From Antedon mediterranea (Eukaryota; Animalia; Echinodermata), in NCBI RefSeq assembly GCF_964355755.1, contig NC_092673.1, positions 35,337,648-35,401,647 of the forward strand: 64,000 bases of DNA, given 5' to 3'. The translations under genes were made by a program, and so were the position numbers. The notes under the pieces were generated by a model. That model worked only from the letters and a program-made list of their open reading frames with translations. It had not been told where the DNA came from and searched no databases. Shown piece after piece: positions 50,801 through 63,345 of the stretch (within the stretch, counting starts at the first letter, position 1; each line of letters starts with the position of its first letter).

Positions 50801-53800
50801 GTGCTTTTCCACCTGTTTACTTTGGCTGGCTATGTATTGTTTGACTTCTTTAGTCATAGTAAAGTTAATTAAATAAAATAGTCAATAGTCAGTATTACCT
50901 TAATAAGACACATTTAAGTGCATCGTTCGACACATTCAGGCTGTTTTAGTATTTGTCGTCTTATTTTTTTAAATATTGTTACTAGTGCTATGGTATCATA
51001 GAATCATTGAAAGAGGTGCATCCCATAGAGAGATTTGTGTGAAATGGTTTGCACGATTTTTGCCATTCCACACTATCATTCAGTTCATTTGCCAAAGTCC
51101 TTAGTTGGACTGTATACATTCATACTATATACACTATCATTCAGTTCATTTGCCAAAGTCCTTAGTTGGACTGTATACATTCATATTATATACACTATCA
51201 TTCAGTTCATTTGTCAAAGTCCTTAGTTGGACTGTATACATTCATATTATATACACTATCATTCAGTTCATTTGTCAAAGTCCTTAGTTGGACTGTATAC
51301 ATTCATATATATACACTATCATTCAGTTCGTTTGCCAAAGTCCTTAGTTGGACTGTATACATTCATACTATATACACTATCATTCAGTTCATTTGTCAAA
51401 GTCCTTAGTTGGACTGTATACATTCATATTATATACACTATCATTCAGTTCATTTGTCAAAGTCCTTAGTTGGACTGTATACATTCATATTATATACACT
51501 ATCATTCAGTTCATTTGTCAAAGTCCTTAGTTGGACTGTATACATTCATATTATATACACTATCATTCAGTTCATTTGCCAAAGTCCTTAGTTGGACTGT
51601 ATACATTCATACTATATACACTATCATTCAGTTCATTTGTCAAAGTCCTTAGTTGGACTGTATACATTCATATTATTTACACTATCATTCAGTTCATTTG
51701 TCAAAGTCCTTAGTTGGACTGTATACATTCATATTATATACACTATCATTCAGTTCATTTGCCAAAGTCCTTAGTTGGACTGTATACATTCATACTATAT
51801 ACACTATCATTCAGTTCATTTGTCAAAGTCCTTAGTTGGACTGTATACATTCATATTATATACACTATCATTCAGTTCATTTGTCAAAGTCCTTAGTTGG
51901 ACTGTATACATTCATACTATATACACTATCATTCAGTTCATTTGTCAAAGTCCTTAGTTGGACTGTATACATCCATACTATATACACTATCATTCAGTTC
52001 ATTTGTCAAAGTCCTTAGTTGGACTGTATACATTCATACTATATACACTATCATTCAGTTCATTTGTCAAAGTCCTTAGTTGGACTGTATACATTCATAT
52101 TATATACACTATCAGTCAGTTCATTTGTCAAAGTCCTTAGTTGGACTGTATACATTCATATTATATACACTATCATTCAGTTCATTTGCCAAAGTCCTTA
52201 GTTGGACTGTATACATTCATACTATATACACTATCATTCAGTTCATTTGTCAAAGTCCTTAGTTGGACTACACTATCATTCAGTTCATTTGTCAAAGTCC
52301 TTAGTTGGACTGTATACATTCATACTATATACACTATCATTCAGTTCATTTGTCAAAGTCCTTAGTTGGACTGTATACATTCATACTATATACACTATCA
52401 TTCAGTTCATTTGTCAAAGTCCTTAGTTGGACTGTATACATTCATATTATATACACTATCATTCAGTTCATTTGTCAAAGTCCTTAGTTGGACTGTATAC
52501 ATTCATACTATATACACTATCATTCAGTTCATTTGTCAAAGTCCTTAGTTGGACTGTATACATTCATACTATATACACTATCATTCAGTTCATTTGTCAA
52601 AGTCCTTAGTTGGACTGTATACATTCATACTATATACACTATCATTCAGTTCATTTGTCAAAGTCCTTAGTTGGACTGTATACATTCATACTATATACAC
52701 TATCATTCAGTTCATTTGTCAAAGTCCTTAGTTGGACTGTATACATTCATATTATATACACTATCATTCAGTTCATTTGTCAAAGTCCTTAGTTGGACTG
52801 TATACATTCATATTATATACACTATCATTCAGTTCATTTGCCAAAGTCCTTAGTTGGACTGTATACATTCATACTATATACACTATCATTCAGTTCATTT
52901 GTCAAAGTCCTTAGTTGGACTACACTATCATTCAGTTCATTTGTCAAAGTCCTTAGTTGGACTGTATACATTCATACTATATACACTATCATTCAGTTCA
53001 TTTGTCAAAGTCCTTAGTTGGACTGTATACATTCATACTATATACACTATCATTCAGTTCATTTGTCAAAGTCCTTAGTTGGACTGTATACATTCATACT
53101 ATATACACTATCATTCAGTTCATTTGTCAAAGTCCTTAGTTGGACTGTATACATTCATACTATATACACTATCATTCAGTTCATTTGTCAAAGTCCTTAG
53201 TTGGACTGTATACATTCATATTATATACACTATCATTCAGTTCATTTGTCAAAGTCCTTAGTTGGACTGTATACATTCATATTATATACACTATCATTCA
53301 GTTCATTTGTCAAAGTCCTTAGTTGGACTGTATACATTCATACTATATACACTATCATTCAGTTCATTTGTCAAAGTCCTTAGTTGGACTGTATACATTC
53401 ATATTATATACACTATCATTCAGTTCATTTGTCAAAGTCCTTAGTTGGACTGTATACATTCATACTATATACACTATCATTCAGTTCATTTGTCAAAGTC
53501 CTTAGTTGGACTGTATACATTCATACTATATACACTATCATTCAGTTCATTTGTCAAAGTCCTTAGTTGCACTGTATACATTCATACTATATACACTATC
53601 ATTCAGTTCATTTGTCAAAGTCCTTAGTTGGACTACACTATCATTCAGTTCATTTGTCAAAGTCCTTAGTTGGACTGTATACATTCATACTATATACACT
53701 ATCATTCAGTTCATTTGTCAAAGTCCTTAGTTGGACTGTATACATTCATATTATATACACTATCATTCAGTTCATTTGTCAAAGTCCTTAGTTGGACTGT

Positions 53801-56800
53801 ATACATTCATATTATATACACTATCATTCAGTTCATTTGTCAAAGTCCTTAGTTGGACTGTATACATTCATACTATATACACTATCATTCAGTTCATTTG
53901 TCAAAGTCCTTAGTTGGACTGTATACATTCATACTATACACACTATCATTCAGTTCATTTGTCAAAGTCCTTAGTTGGACTGTATACATTCATACTATAC
54001 ACACTATCATTCAGTTCATTTGTCAAAGTCCTTAGTTGCACTGTATACATTCATACTATATACACTATCATTCAGTTCATTTGTCAAAGTCCTTAGTTGG
54101 ACTGTATACATTCATACTATATACACTATCATTCAGTTCATTTGTCAAAGTCCTTAGTTGGACTGTATACATTCATACTATATACACTATCATTCAGTTC
54201 ATTTGTCAAAGTCCTTAGTTGGACTGTATACATTCATATTATATACACTATCATTCAGTTCATTTGTCAAAGTCCTTAGTTGGACTGTATACATTCATAC
54301 TATATACACTATCATTCAGTTCATTTGTCAAAGTCCTTAGTTGGACTGTATACATTCATATTATATACACTATCATTCAGTTCATTTGTCAAAGTCCTTA
54401 GTTGGACTGTATACATTCATACTATATACACTATCATTCAGTTCATTTGTCAAAGTCCTTAGTTGGACTGTATACATTCATACTATATACACTATCATTC
54501 AGTTCATTTGTCAAAGTCCTTAGTTGGACTGTATACATTCATACTATATACACTATCATTCAGTTCATTTGCCAAAGTCCTTAGTTGGACTGTATACATT
54601 CATATTATATACACTATCATTCAGTTCATTTGTCAAAGTCCTTAGTTGGACTGTATACATTCATACTATATACACTATCATTCAGTTCATTTGTCAAAGT
54701 CCTTAGTTGGACTGTATACATTCATACTATATACACTATCATTCAGTTCATTTGTCAAAGTCCTTAGTTGGACTACACTATCATTCAGTTCATTTGTCAA
54801 AGTCCTTAGTTGGACTGTATACATTCATACTATATACACTATCATTCAGTTCATTTGTCAAAGTCCTTAGTTGGACTGTATACATTCATACTATATACAC
54901 TATCATTCAGTTCATTTGCCAAAGTCCTTAGTTGGACTGTATACATTCATACTATACACACTATCATTCAGTTCATTTGTCAAAGTCCTTAGTTGCACTG
55001 TATACATTCATACTATATACACTATCATTCAGTTCATTTGTCAAAGTCCTTAGTTGGACTGTATACATTCATACTATACACACTATCATTCAGTTCATTT
55101 GTCAAAGTCCTTAGTTGCACTGTATACATTCATACTATATACACTATCATTCAGTTCATTTGTCAAAGTCCTTAGTTGCACTGTATACATTCATACTATA
55201 CACACTATCATTCAGTTCATTTGTCAAAGTCCTTAGTTGGACTGTATACATTCATACTATACACACTATCATTCAGTTCATTTGTCAAAGTCCTTAGTTG
55301 CACTGTATACATTCATACTATATACACTATCATTCAGTTCATTTGTCAAAGTCCTTAGTTGGACTGTATACATTCATATTATATACACTATCATTCAGTT
55401 CATTTGTCAAAGTCCTTAGTTGGACTGTATACATTCATACTATATACACTATCATTCAGTTCATTTGTCAAAGTCCTTAGTTGGACTGTATACATTCATA
55501 CTATATACACTATCATTCAGTTCATTTGTCAAAGTCCTTAGTTGGACTGTATACATTCATACTATATACACTATCATTCAGTTCATTTGTCAAAGTCCTT
55601 AGTTGGACTGTATACATTCATACTATATACACTATCATTCAGTTCATTTGTCAAAGTCCTTAGTTGGACTGTATACATTCATACTATATACACTATCATT
55701 CAGTTCATTTGTCAAAGTCCTTAGTTGGACTGTATACATTCATACTATATACACTATCATTCAGTTCATTTGTCAAAGTCCTTAGTTGGACTGTATACAT
55801 TCATACTATATACACTATCATTCAGTTCATTTGTCAAAGTCCTTAGTTGGACTGTATACATTCATATTATATACACTATCATTCAGTTCATTTGTCAAAG
55901 TCCTTAGTTGGACTACACTATCATTCAGTTCATTTGTCAAAGTCCTTAGTTGGACTGTATACATTCATACTATATAAAATCCTAAAGAGTAATTATAATA
56001 ATTTTGTAATAATAATTTTTAATCTCTTTCAGATTGGTCTTGCTAAATTTAACGCAAGCGGTAGCAATCCAAGCAATGTAGTGTACCAAGAACTAAGGCT
56101 AGGCCAAGGACCAACGCTGCAAGAGGGTGACTCAGTGGAGGTTAAATACACCGGATGGCTACTGGAAAATAAAGCAATAGGAACGGTTAGTAACAAATTA
56201 TATTAAAATGGATATGAAAGGATTTTAAAATTTCACAAAAAGGACTTTGTATGAATCCTTTTAATGTTAATAAACAGCACACAAAAAATTAGATTCAAAT
56301 ACCTAGTAGAAATTAAGAAATAAACAAATTACATTTTGGTATAAAACGTCCGCAAAATGGCCGACCAACTGGTACGCCATCTTAATTTTTATGAACGTTC
56401 TATACGCACGTACGAGATCGTCAAATTTAGAGTTTGAAACACCCGGGGTTGTAGCCACGGCAGCAGTCGTTTTGTGATTGGTTAATGAATTTTAATACAG
56501 TCCAATCACCGCCTTGTCTCGTTCGCGGACTGTGTCAAAACAAAAATAAACAAACCCATGCTACACGAGACTCGCGTGTTGCAAGCTCCCTGTTGCTGCA
56601 GTCGTAGAAAATATCGATATTTCACAAATCAATAAAAAGTTATGTCTGCAAAGATTGTACGTGAAAAGAAGAAAGTGTGTATTTGTACTTCTCACACTAA
56701 ACCACTCACGCAGACTACAAATTAGGCTAGGTCTAGTAGACTATAGTTTCTTCTAAATTCGCTAGTAGTAGGCTAGGCCTACACATGGAGTTACTCCATG

Positions 56801-59800
56801 GCCTCCATAGCAGTCGCCGGTCCACCGACGAACCTCCAGGAAGTGGACAAGGCGCGGGCGTAGACGTATGTAAAAGGCGACGTAAATAAAAAAGGTAAGC
56901 TTGTGTTGAACTTGTTTTTGGCTCTGACTTTTGTTATTGACTAATATAGTAATATAATAATACTAATAATTAAAGTAGAGCAGAGGAGGTGAGGCCGAGA
57001 GGATTATTATAGTTTAGTTAGTAACTGTAGTGTAATTAAATAATAACCTCTTTCTGTTTGTTACCAAGTCATAAAATATAATACTATAGGGCCTAGAGGT
57101 AGGATTGAATAAAAATAATAGTACATTTCCATCCATTTATTGGTCTTATCTTTGCAGATTTATGGAATCAACAGTACATGAGATGGCTTTGAAGAACTGT
57201 AATAGTACTAGTAATAAAATTGTAAACATCAAATTATATGGCAGAAATAGTGTGTGGAATGAATTTTATTGAACAAATGCATCATAATGAGTTTGGAACA
57301 AGCAGGATTTTTCAAACAGGACATAAATTACTTTTTAGACCTGAGACATTTTAATTCTATCAACACCAGCCAGCTCCATCATATTCAAGAGATGGATTCT
57401 TTCATAAATGTCCATTGTACATAGTATTTGGCTAAATAAATAAAAAAAGAAGTACAGTAGTGGTTTATTTGTTTATATACCCAGACCCATTTAGATGGTT
57501 AAAAACAAACACTATATGATGCACTGCTACTAGTGTACTGTCTGGTAGTACATTACCATAGTTACAGTATGACTGTAACCCTAGCACTCGCGTCTAAAGA
57601 ATTCTATTATGCATATTTTACTATTCTTCATAAATATTTAGTTCTGTAATTTTAATTGTCTGCGCTCATTCTATACTTGGTGTCTTAGTATACTGCATAA
57701 ATGTATCGTGCAAGCATGATCCAAGTAGCATCTATTATAAAGTACTCTGGGTATCTTTCTATTCACCTGAAAAAAGGAAAATGAATAAGCACATGTTTAT
57801 CTGCCCTCAAAACAAAATAATAATTTAGTATAATGTATTATGTAGGTTTGATCAACAGTTTAAAATAGCAATGCTCAGTATCTGTTACCTTAATATTATA
57901 ATTTGACTCTAACATTTGCGCTTCCATTCCAATCAATAAATACATTTGCTTATCCCGTCCATCAATTATCATAATTGCACTCCAATTATAGACCTGTAGG
58001 TAGGTAAAAATACAAATGAATTGTTTATTTACTGTATACTGTACTGTATATTGTACTGTATATGATACAAGCTGAAATACCCCTAACTAGGCCTGGCCTG
58101 TTATAACCTTTATTACTACATTAGAGAAAATCCAACTCTATTCATTTTATTGGGAATCATAATATTTAGTATTCAGTGTTGCCTAGCCTACTAGCTAGTA
58201 CAGTAGGGCGGCATGTAATAACAAAAAAATATTTTAATAATACGTTAGTCAGGACACTACAGCACACAACAATATTAATAAACGTACTTATAAATAATGT
58301 GTATATACATAATACAGTAACACAATTGTGCCTACCATTAACACCCTCAACGATACATCAAGGAGCATACGCTCTCAGCTCACCTCTGGCCGGGCGACTA
58401 AACACCGTATCCAGCAGTCATCACTACTAAAAAGGCCTAGGCCTAGCTAGCTCCAGGCCATGGCATTATTGTCAAACACCATTTACTCGTCCAACCGTTT
58501 CTTCAAAACGATGTTAACATCCGTGTTAACAAGACGATGTGGACGAATTTCCATCAATTTCAGTTAATTACAACGAAATAATAATAAAATGAATGTTTCA
58601 ATAATACGTGTATAATAAATAGCGAAATAAACATCGCTCGCGAGGAGGGTCGAGAGAGAGGCCAAGGTGGTCGACTCTGTGATTCTCACGCATGCGCAAA
58701 ATAACTCCGTGTACCCAGCAAGATAGGCATTTGGCTATGAATTTCGTAAAAGATGGCCTTGAAAAACGAAATTAAAATCCGTTTTAAAAAAAACTTGGTT
58801 GATAATATGAATTAATTTTATTCGATTAGGCTAACATACTTATCCAAGAATAAAAATATCAAAGCAATAAGTAATTACTACCATGCTTTTGCATCAATCA
58901 ATGATTTACTGCTAAATTCCTATCTCTGTAATACAAAAATAACTTTTAGTGACGTCACAAAAAGTTTTTCACAGGTTTCTCAGGGGCGTTTTGAGGGCGT
59001 TGTCGTCCTCCAAAACATTAAGTATGACTATGGCAAGCTTAAAACTGATTGATCTACACGTTGAGCCAATAAAATGATATTGCTAGGAACCCTTTCATAT
59101 CCATTTTAAGACATAAGAGGTGTACACGGTCTGTCCAGTTCCTGTCTGTCGAGAAATTTTATAAATTATATGAAATGGTCTTCGGTAATAAAATGACCAT
59201 GACAAAAATTAAACACTTCCGAAACCTGTTTCTTGTAGCAGAATCATTGACATACAAATATAAAATATTTGTTAAGACACCTGAATTGGTTTAAAATACT
59301 GTATATCAAAAAACATAAACGCCCTCTATCTATATTATATACAATAGAATCCCTGATTATGCACATTCAGGAGCAAATAAAGTATACCCTGAATAAAAGT
59401 TGTCCATATATTTTAAAATGGCCCTCATTCGTTTCATGGGATCGCTTAAAAGGGACATTTCTCTTTCCTTATAAAGAAGGCATTATACTGTATATAAATC
59501 ATATGCAATGCTGTTTAATGTTTACAAGGTAACCAAAGTATATGCATAAAAAAATGTATTGTAATTTAAAGTATCACGCATTAATATAAATATTTTATCA
59601 TTGATACAGTATATTCATTTATTTACAGGCATTTGATAGCAATATGTCTATGGAGAAGGCTTTCAGATTCAAGATCGGAAAAGGAAAGGTCATTAAGGTA
59701 TGGTTACAGAAGAAAACTATATATATATATTTTTTTTTTCATACACATCTCACAGAAACTCGGCAATTATGGGATGGGGAAACTATTTTATAATTTATTG

Positions 59801-60425
59801 TGCTTATAAACAAAGTCTTGTTTAAGGAAGTGGAGTTGTAGGTTAAAACCCTGGCACTAGGTGGAGTTGTAGGTTAAAACCCTGGCACTAGGTCAGAATT
59901 GAAGACTGCACCTACAGTTCCACTACATATTTTAAGAGGGAGAGAGTTTGTACGTATACAAATTAGTTGTACTTCATGGATCCATCAAAATGACCAGTAA
60001 TTTTACTGGAAAACTTTTAAACTAGATTTGAAAACTGCCACAGGATGGGGGAATGTTTAGCCTTCTTTGGAGTACTAGCTCTTCTTTATATACCACTCTA
60101 GTTCCTACTGGTAGAACATTTAAAGACCAATTTCTCTTGTCAAATTATTGACAGTCTATAAAACATTTCATGCTTCATAAATTCTGAACGTCAAATGAAT
60201 GGTGTATTGATAGACAACTCATGTTTTGATGTATTGATCATTTTTCAGAAATCTGAATTTATTCTTATCTCATTTTAATAGGGTTGGGATCAAGGTGTAA
60301 TTGGTATGAAGAAAGGAGGTAAAAGGTTACTACTAGTACCCCCCAGCATGGCCTATGGAACCAGAGGTATGGGGTCAAGGATACCGCCAAATGCGACACT
60401 CGTATTTGATATAGAAATACGAAAG
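23761..60425 (+). CDS. FKBP15: FK506-binding protein 15 (WAFL/FKBP133), exons 1-9, 3' incomplete
   Basis: Exons 23761-23822, 40040-40149, 48818-48902, 49313-49382, 49560-49634, 50319-50417, 56033-56185, 59629-59697, 60282-60425, with consistent phases. N-terminus [10 protein letters not shown]...KLGSLFG...[13 protein letters not shown]1-like region [44 protein letters not shown] domain [57 protein letters not shown]. Confidence 0.93.
24260..24541 (-). mobile_element. L2/CR1 LINE 3' fragment
   Basis: [18 protein letters not shown]...FKKHLK followed by an L2-type 3' tail (GCGCTATACAATAATAAT). Confidence 0.85.
27031..28065 (-). pseudogene. Inverted duplicate of the same Academ coding segment (left arm)
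   Basis: ORF 27031-27588 is near-identical to the + strand copy from 28978 onward. Confidence 0.75.
28066..29535 (+). pseudogene. Frameshifted C-terminal part of the Academ protein (right arm)
   Basis: ORFs 28292-28750 and 28978-29292, interrupted by frameshifts and stops. Confidence 0.75.
31100..31800. repeat. 81-bp minisatellite with a homogeneous core and degenerate edges
   Basis: Unit containing CTTAGCCTCGTCCATGGGCACATTA. Confidence 0.9.
31914..32110. repeat. 19-bp tandem repeat, ~10 copies
   Basis: TACATATTACTTATTACTG. Confidence 0.95.
32320..32560 (+). promoter_or_regulatory. Putative promoter elements of the alternative first exon
   Basis: Three ATTTGCAT octamers (32320, 32371, 32422) in a 51-bp repeat; CRE TGACGTCA at ~32544. 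Confidence 0.4.
32735..33003 (+). CDS. FKBP15: Putative alternative first coding exon (1b) of FKBP15, 89 aa
   Basis: ATG in AACAATGT context, coding-like composition, and a CG/GTAAGG phase-2 donor compatible with exon 2. Confidence 0.6.
35993..36143. mobile_element. Small MITE (CAGTGGAACCCCTATT..GGGGACAC family; pogo/Tc1-like ends)
   Basis: Inverted ends ACCCCTATTAAGGGGACACC / GGTGTCCCCTGAATAGGGGTTCCACTGTA; relatives at ~39455-39540, 40320-40403 and 62985-63370. Confidence 0.65.
36174..38312. repeat. 75-bp satellite, ~28 near-identical copies
   Basis: GTGGTACTATTCACAAACAAAGTAAAGTGTGCCACTTGAGGTGCAAGTTGAGATAGGTGATGGCCTAGATTCAAT, with a 77-bp variant. Confidence 0.98.
39161..39412. repeat. ~47-bp minisatellite
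   Basis: AAACCCTCTGGAACACATTAAGATGACAATGTTACCAT. Confidence 0.93.
40040..40149 (+). CDS. FKBP15: FKBP15 exon 2
   Basis: [36 protein letters not shown]. Confidence 0.92.
40087..40305 (+). repeat. 74-bp triplication spanning the exon 2 donor
   Basis: Three copies, each ending GCTAAAT/GTAAGT. Confidence 0.95.
42900..43072. repeat. 27-bp minisatellite
   Basis: CTACTCTGTGCCTCTATAAGGTCCATG. Confidence 0.93.
45677..45918. repeat. 66-bp minisatellite containing a MITE terminus
   Basis: Unit includes CTAGTGGGAACCAAGCTTTA. Confidence 0.93.
46640..46780. repeat. 47-bp triplication
   Basis: GCATTGGAGGTACACGACAAACGCTTTCTAAGTTGGCCTCTTACTCA. Confidence 0.93.
48818..48902 (+). CDS. FKBP15: FKBP15 exon 3
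   Basis: [27 protein letters not shown]. Confidence 0.9.
48975..49130 (-). mobile_element. Degenerate RTE-clade LINE remnant
   Basis: SQLRWSG ... RRKERE ... CPVCSRTF. Confidence 0.5.
49313..49382 (+). CDS. FKBP15: FKBP15 exon 4
   Basis: [23 protein letters not shown]. Confidence 0.92.
49560..49634 (+). CDS. FKBP15: FKBP15 exon 5
   Basis: [25 protein letters not shown]. Confidence 0.92.
49915..50218. repeat. 48-bp minisatellite
   Basis: CCAACCTCAAGATGTGTAACTATGTTTGAGAGAGTTGGAATAATATGG. Confidence 0.93.
50319..50417 (+). CDS. FKBP15: FKBP15 exon 6
   Basis: [33 protein letters not shown]. Confidence 0.93.
50616..50760. repeat. 48-bp triplication
   Basis: GATACTGTAGGGCTTGTGAGTTCTTGTTCAATTTGGTTCCATGTC. 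Confidence 0.93.
51070..55976. repeat. 61-bp satellite, ~80 copies, in FKBP15 intron 6
   Basis: ACACTATCATTCAGTTCATTTGTCAAAGTCCTTAGTTGGACTGTATACATTCATACTATAT. Confidence 0.98.
56033..56185 (+). CDS. FKBP15: FKBP15 exon 7
   Basis: IGLAKFN...[23 protein letters not shown]. Confidence 0.93.
56207..59105. mobile_element. Kolobok-like non-autonomous DNA transposon
   Basis: TTAA TSDs and TIR AATGGATATGAAAGG / CCTTTCATATCCATT with RR...YY ends. Confidence 0.75.
59629..59697 (+). CDS. FKBP15: FKBP15 exon 8
   Basis: [23 protein letters not shown]. Confidence 0.93.
60282..60425 (+). CDS. FKBP15: FKBP15 exon 9
   Basis: [48 protein letters not shown]. Confidence 0.95.
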
Positions 60426-61899
60426 GTACAGTACATTATTTTACAGTTTTATTGCGTGCAATATTTATTCCAACATTGATCGTCATTCTTTTAAATCGGT
60501 GTTATGATCAATTATTTTGTGAAGGAAAAGTAAAATCATTTTGAGATATATTTTTTAGCTTCCATTTCGAAAGTTGTGTTATAGACTCCAAAACAAGCCA
60601 GTTTCTTAGTTCTTTCCTTTGACAAAACTAAGCTTACAGATTTTCTTCATCTCACTAGGTGAGATTAATTTCTCTCTAGTATTTCGTCAAGCACTTCTTT
60701 GTTAACAAATTCAGCACTCTACTATAGTGTCCAATAATAAGTTTAATATATAATATGAAACACACTCCGAAAAAAATGAGACAAGCCTATTTATATTTAA
60801 AACTGTATGTGTTCATTATTTGTTCATCTTCTGAAATAAAGGGCTGTACCTCTCCTAGGAATTTGTTGCATTTGGCTGATGGTGTGTCATTGCCCATTAA
60901 ATGGCTTCCGTGTGTATTATCTTAGAAATTAAACTCTGTGTACATCAATATCCTGTTACATAGGAATACAATTGTACAGTATTACTGATTTGCAAACAGT
61001 AGGTCCTGGTCTTGGTCAATAATTGGCTGACTTAGCCTGCTATAGTATTTATTATCATCTCATTTGCATACATGTGTTAGATCCAGGTCATCACGAAAAG
61101 AAGAAGTTTAATTGGCTACATGCACTAGGGTTTATCATCACCTCATGGACCTAATCGTCATTCAAAGCTTCTAATATGACTTCTAAAATTCCTGTTCTCT
61201 ATCATATAACAGTTTTTTCAGTGCCAAATCTTGCATATTTCTTAATGTCATTGCACACTGAAAGTATCAGATTTCATACGGATATGAATATTGATGTTTT
61301 GACCCACATCCTCCGCCTACGTTGTTTACAAATTTGACCCATCTAAAATAGAAACTGATGACAAATTTGATTACATAACCAATTAGGTCACGGTTAAAAA
61401 TTCTTTAATAAATTATTTAATTATTGAACAGTACATAATAATAGTAACAAAACTAGTAAACGAAAAACAAGTGAGTGAAACATTCAGCAGGGAGAACAAA
61501 CAAAAAGAATTTTAACACAACAACCAAAACCAAAATACTGTAAACCCTCTTTTCCAAACCAGAAAAACCAATTTATTTTTTTTCCAGCCTCAAAAGTGGA
61601 ACCAATTTGTTTTTTACCTAACCAGAAAATATGGAATCAATTTATTTTGATAGATTAGAGAATTTAAACCAGCTTACGGCTCAGTATTCAACATACCTAA
61701 ATTTGAATTGTTGACACGTAACACATGTCCTCATCAGAAGAATCTTATGTTGTTATGAGGATTGGTGACATTTCTCTTTGAATTAATTTTTCCATAACTA
61801 GAAAAAAGTGGAAAGTCGAACCAATTTGTTTTTTTCCTAACTACAAAAGTCGAACCAATTTGCTTTTTTCCTAACTATAAAAGTGGAACCAATTAATAA

Positions 61900-62135
61900 G
61901 AATAATGATAAAAGGAAATCTTATATAGCGCCGGTTTCCATCACAAATTAGTTGCTCATGGCGCATTGAAACAACAATGCAATGAATGAAATCATGTAGT
62001 AAAAAAGTCAGATCCGAGCAGATGATAAAGGTCTTAAGCTTTGATTTAAAGGAATTCAATAAATTTACAGATCTAACATGTTTGGGAAGTTGGTTCCAAA
62101 AAAATGGAGTTTCAAAGGTAAACGATTGATTACCT
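61900..62135 (-). mobile_element. L2/CR1 LINE 3' fragment
   Basis: WNQLPKHVRSVNLLNSFKSKLKTF followed by a GGCGCTATATAAG tail. Confidence 0.75.
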
Positions 62136-62744
62136 CATGATTATGTATCTTTGGCATATCTCATTAATTTATTAATTATTTACACTGTGGGTTGACTTCT
62201 GTCGCAGTTAATCGTAACTTAATTTAACCTGGTTGGCCTTTAGAGGTAATCAGATTGGATCTCTCTTTCCGTTGTCTCCTTTCATGGTCAGGCCTCTGTG
62301 ATGTTCCACAGCTATTGACATTCCCTGGGGAGGGGAAGCATCTGTCATGTTTTAACCTTCCACCATTCAATTTGAATAGAAATTTAACATAATTTGTTAC
62401 GTTTAATGCCATTAGCATGCTAATTGATATTGTGTAGAGAAAACTTGTACTTTATTGTGATGTTGTATATTTCTATGTGTAAAATATGAATAACTGTTAA
62501 TACAGTTCTTGATATGACCAATTGATTGACATAGGCCAGTTGATATGACCAATTGTTTGATATAAATATATGTGACGATGTAAACATATGACAACTTGTA
62601 AACAAAGATGTGTGCCATTTTTACTCTTAGTGAATGGGAATTAAGTAGTCATATTTAGAAATGCACAATAAACACTCTATTGTTCATTAATTTCCCTACT
62701 CTGACGTAAATTATACTTGATGCAAGTACACTAACAATTCTCAC

Positions 62745-62845
62745 ATGGGACTTGAACCTATGACCTTCATCACTAGCCTGGCATTCATACCTCTAGACCA
62801 CTGAACTTGTGCTGATGACTAGGGTTGGATTCGAACCCGTGGAAG
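62745..62845 (-). mobile_element. tRNA-like SINE head relic
   Basis: Reverse complement TCAGTGGTCTAGAGG...AGGTTCAAGTCCC; no intact cloverleaf. Confidence 0.45.
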
Positions 62846-63002
62846 CACCACGTATGGCACCACGTATGGCACCAATAGGATGAAAACTTGATATTTAAAA
62901 GAATAAGGGATAGTATCCCAGTGTTCTTATTATGTTAGGTTCTGTTGGTGACTTATTACGTGGTAATGTGGTGTTTCAGTTTATTACATTAGAACTCCTT
63001 TT

Positions 63003-63345
63003 TGGACATCCCTATTCAGAGGACACCCCTATTCAGAGGACATCCCTATTCAGAGGACACCCCTATTCAGAGGACACCCCTATTCAGAGGACACCCCTAT
63101 TCAGAGGACACCCCTATTCAGAGGACACCCCTATGCAGAGGACACCCCTATGCAGAGGACACCCCTATGCAGAGGACACCCCTATGCAGAGGACACCCCT
63201 ATGCAGAGGACACCCCTATGCAGAGGACACCCCTATTAAGGGGGCACTTACTCTTGAAATGAACGAAAGAAAAAGACAATATATGTTTTAACATTAGAGC
63301 AAACCCCTATAAAGGAGACACCCCTAAAGGAGACACCCCTATTAA
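63003..63345. repeat. 17-bp minisatellite expanded from a MITE subterminal motif
   Basis: GAGGACACCCCTATTCA / GAGGACACCCCTATGCA. Confidence 0.95.

Noticed and set aside
51035-55977. Dozens of 60-80 aa ORFs; possible CRISPR-like array
   Set aside because: Pure head-to-tail 61-bp tandem repeat with no unique spacers and no cas genes; the ORFs are artefacts of periodicity
61706-61740. Second hammerhead on the minus strand (CTGATGAG-GACAT...GTGTC)
   Set aside because: Lacks the GAAA core after stem II
62811-62860. CTGATGA followed by a GGGTT/AACCC stem
   Set aside because: No GAAA at the proper position; better explained as a tRNA-derived SINE segment
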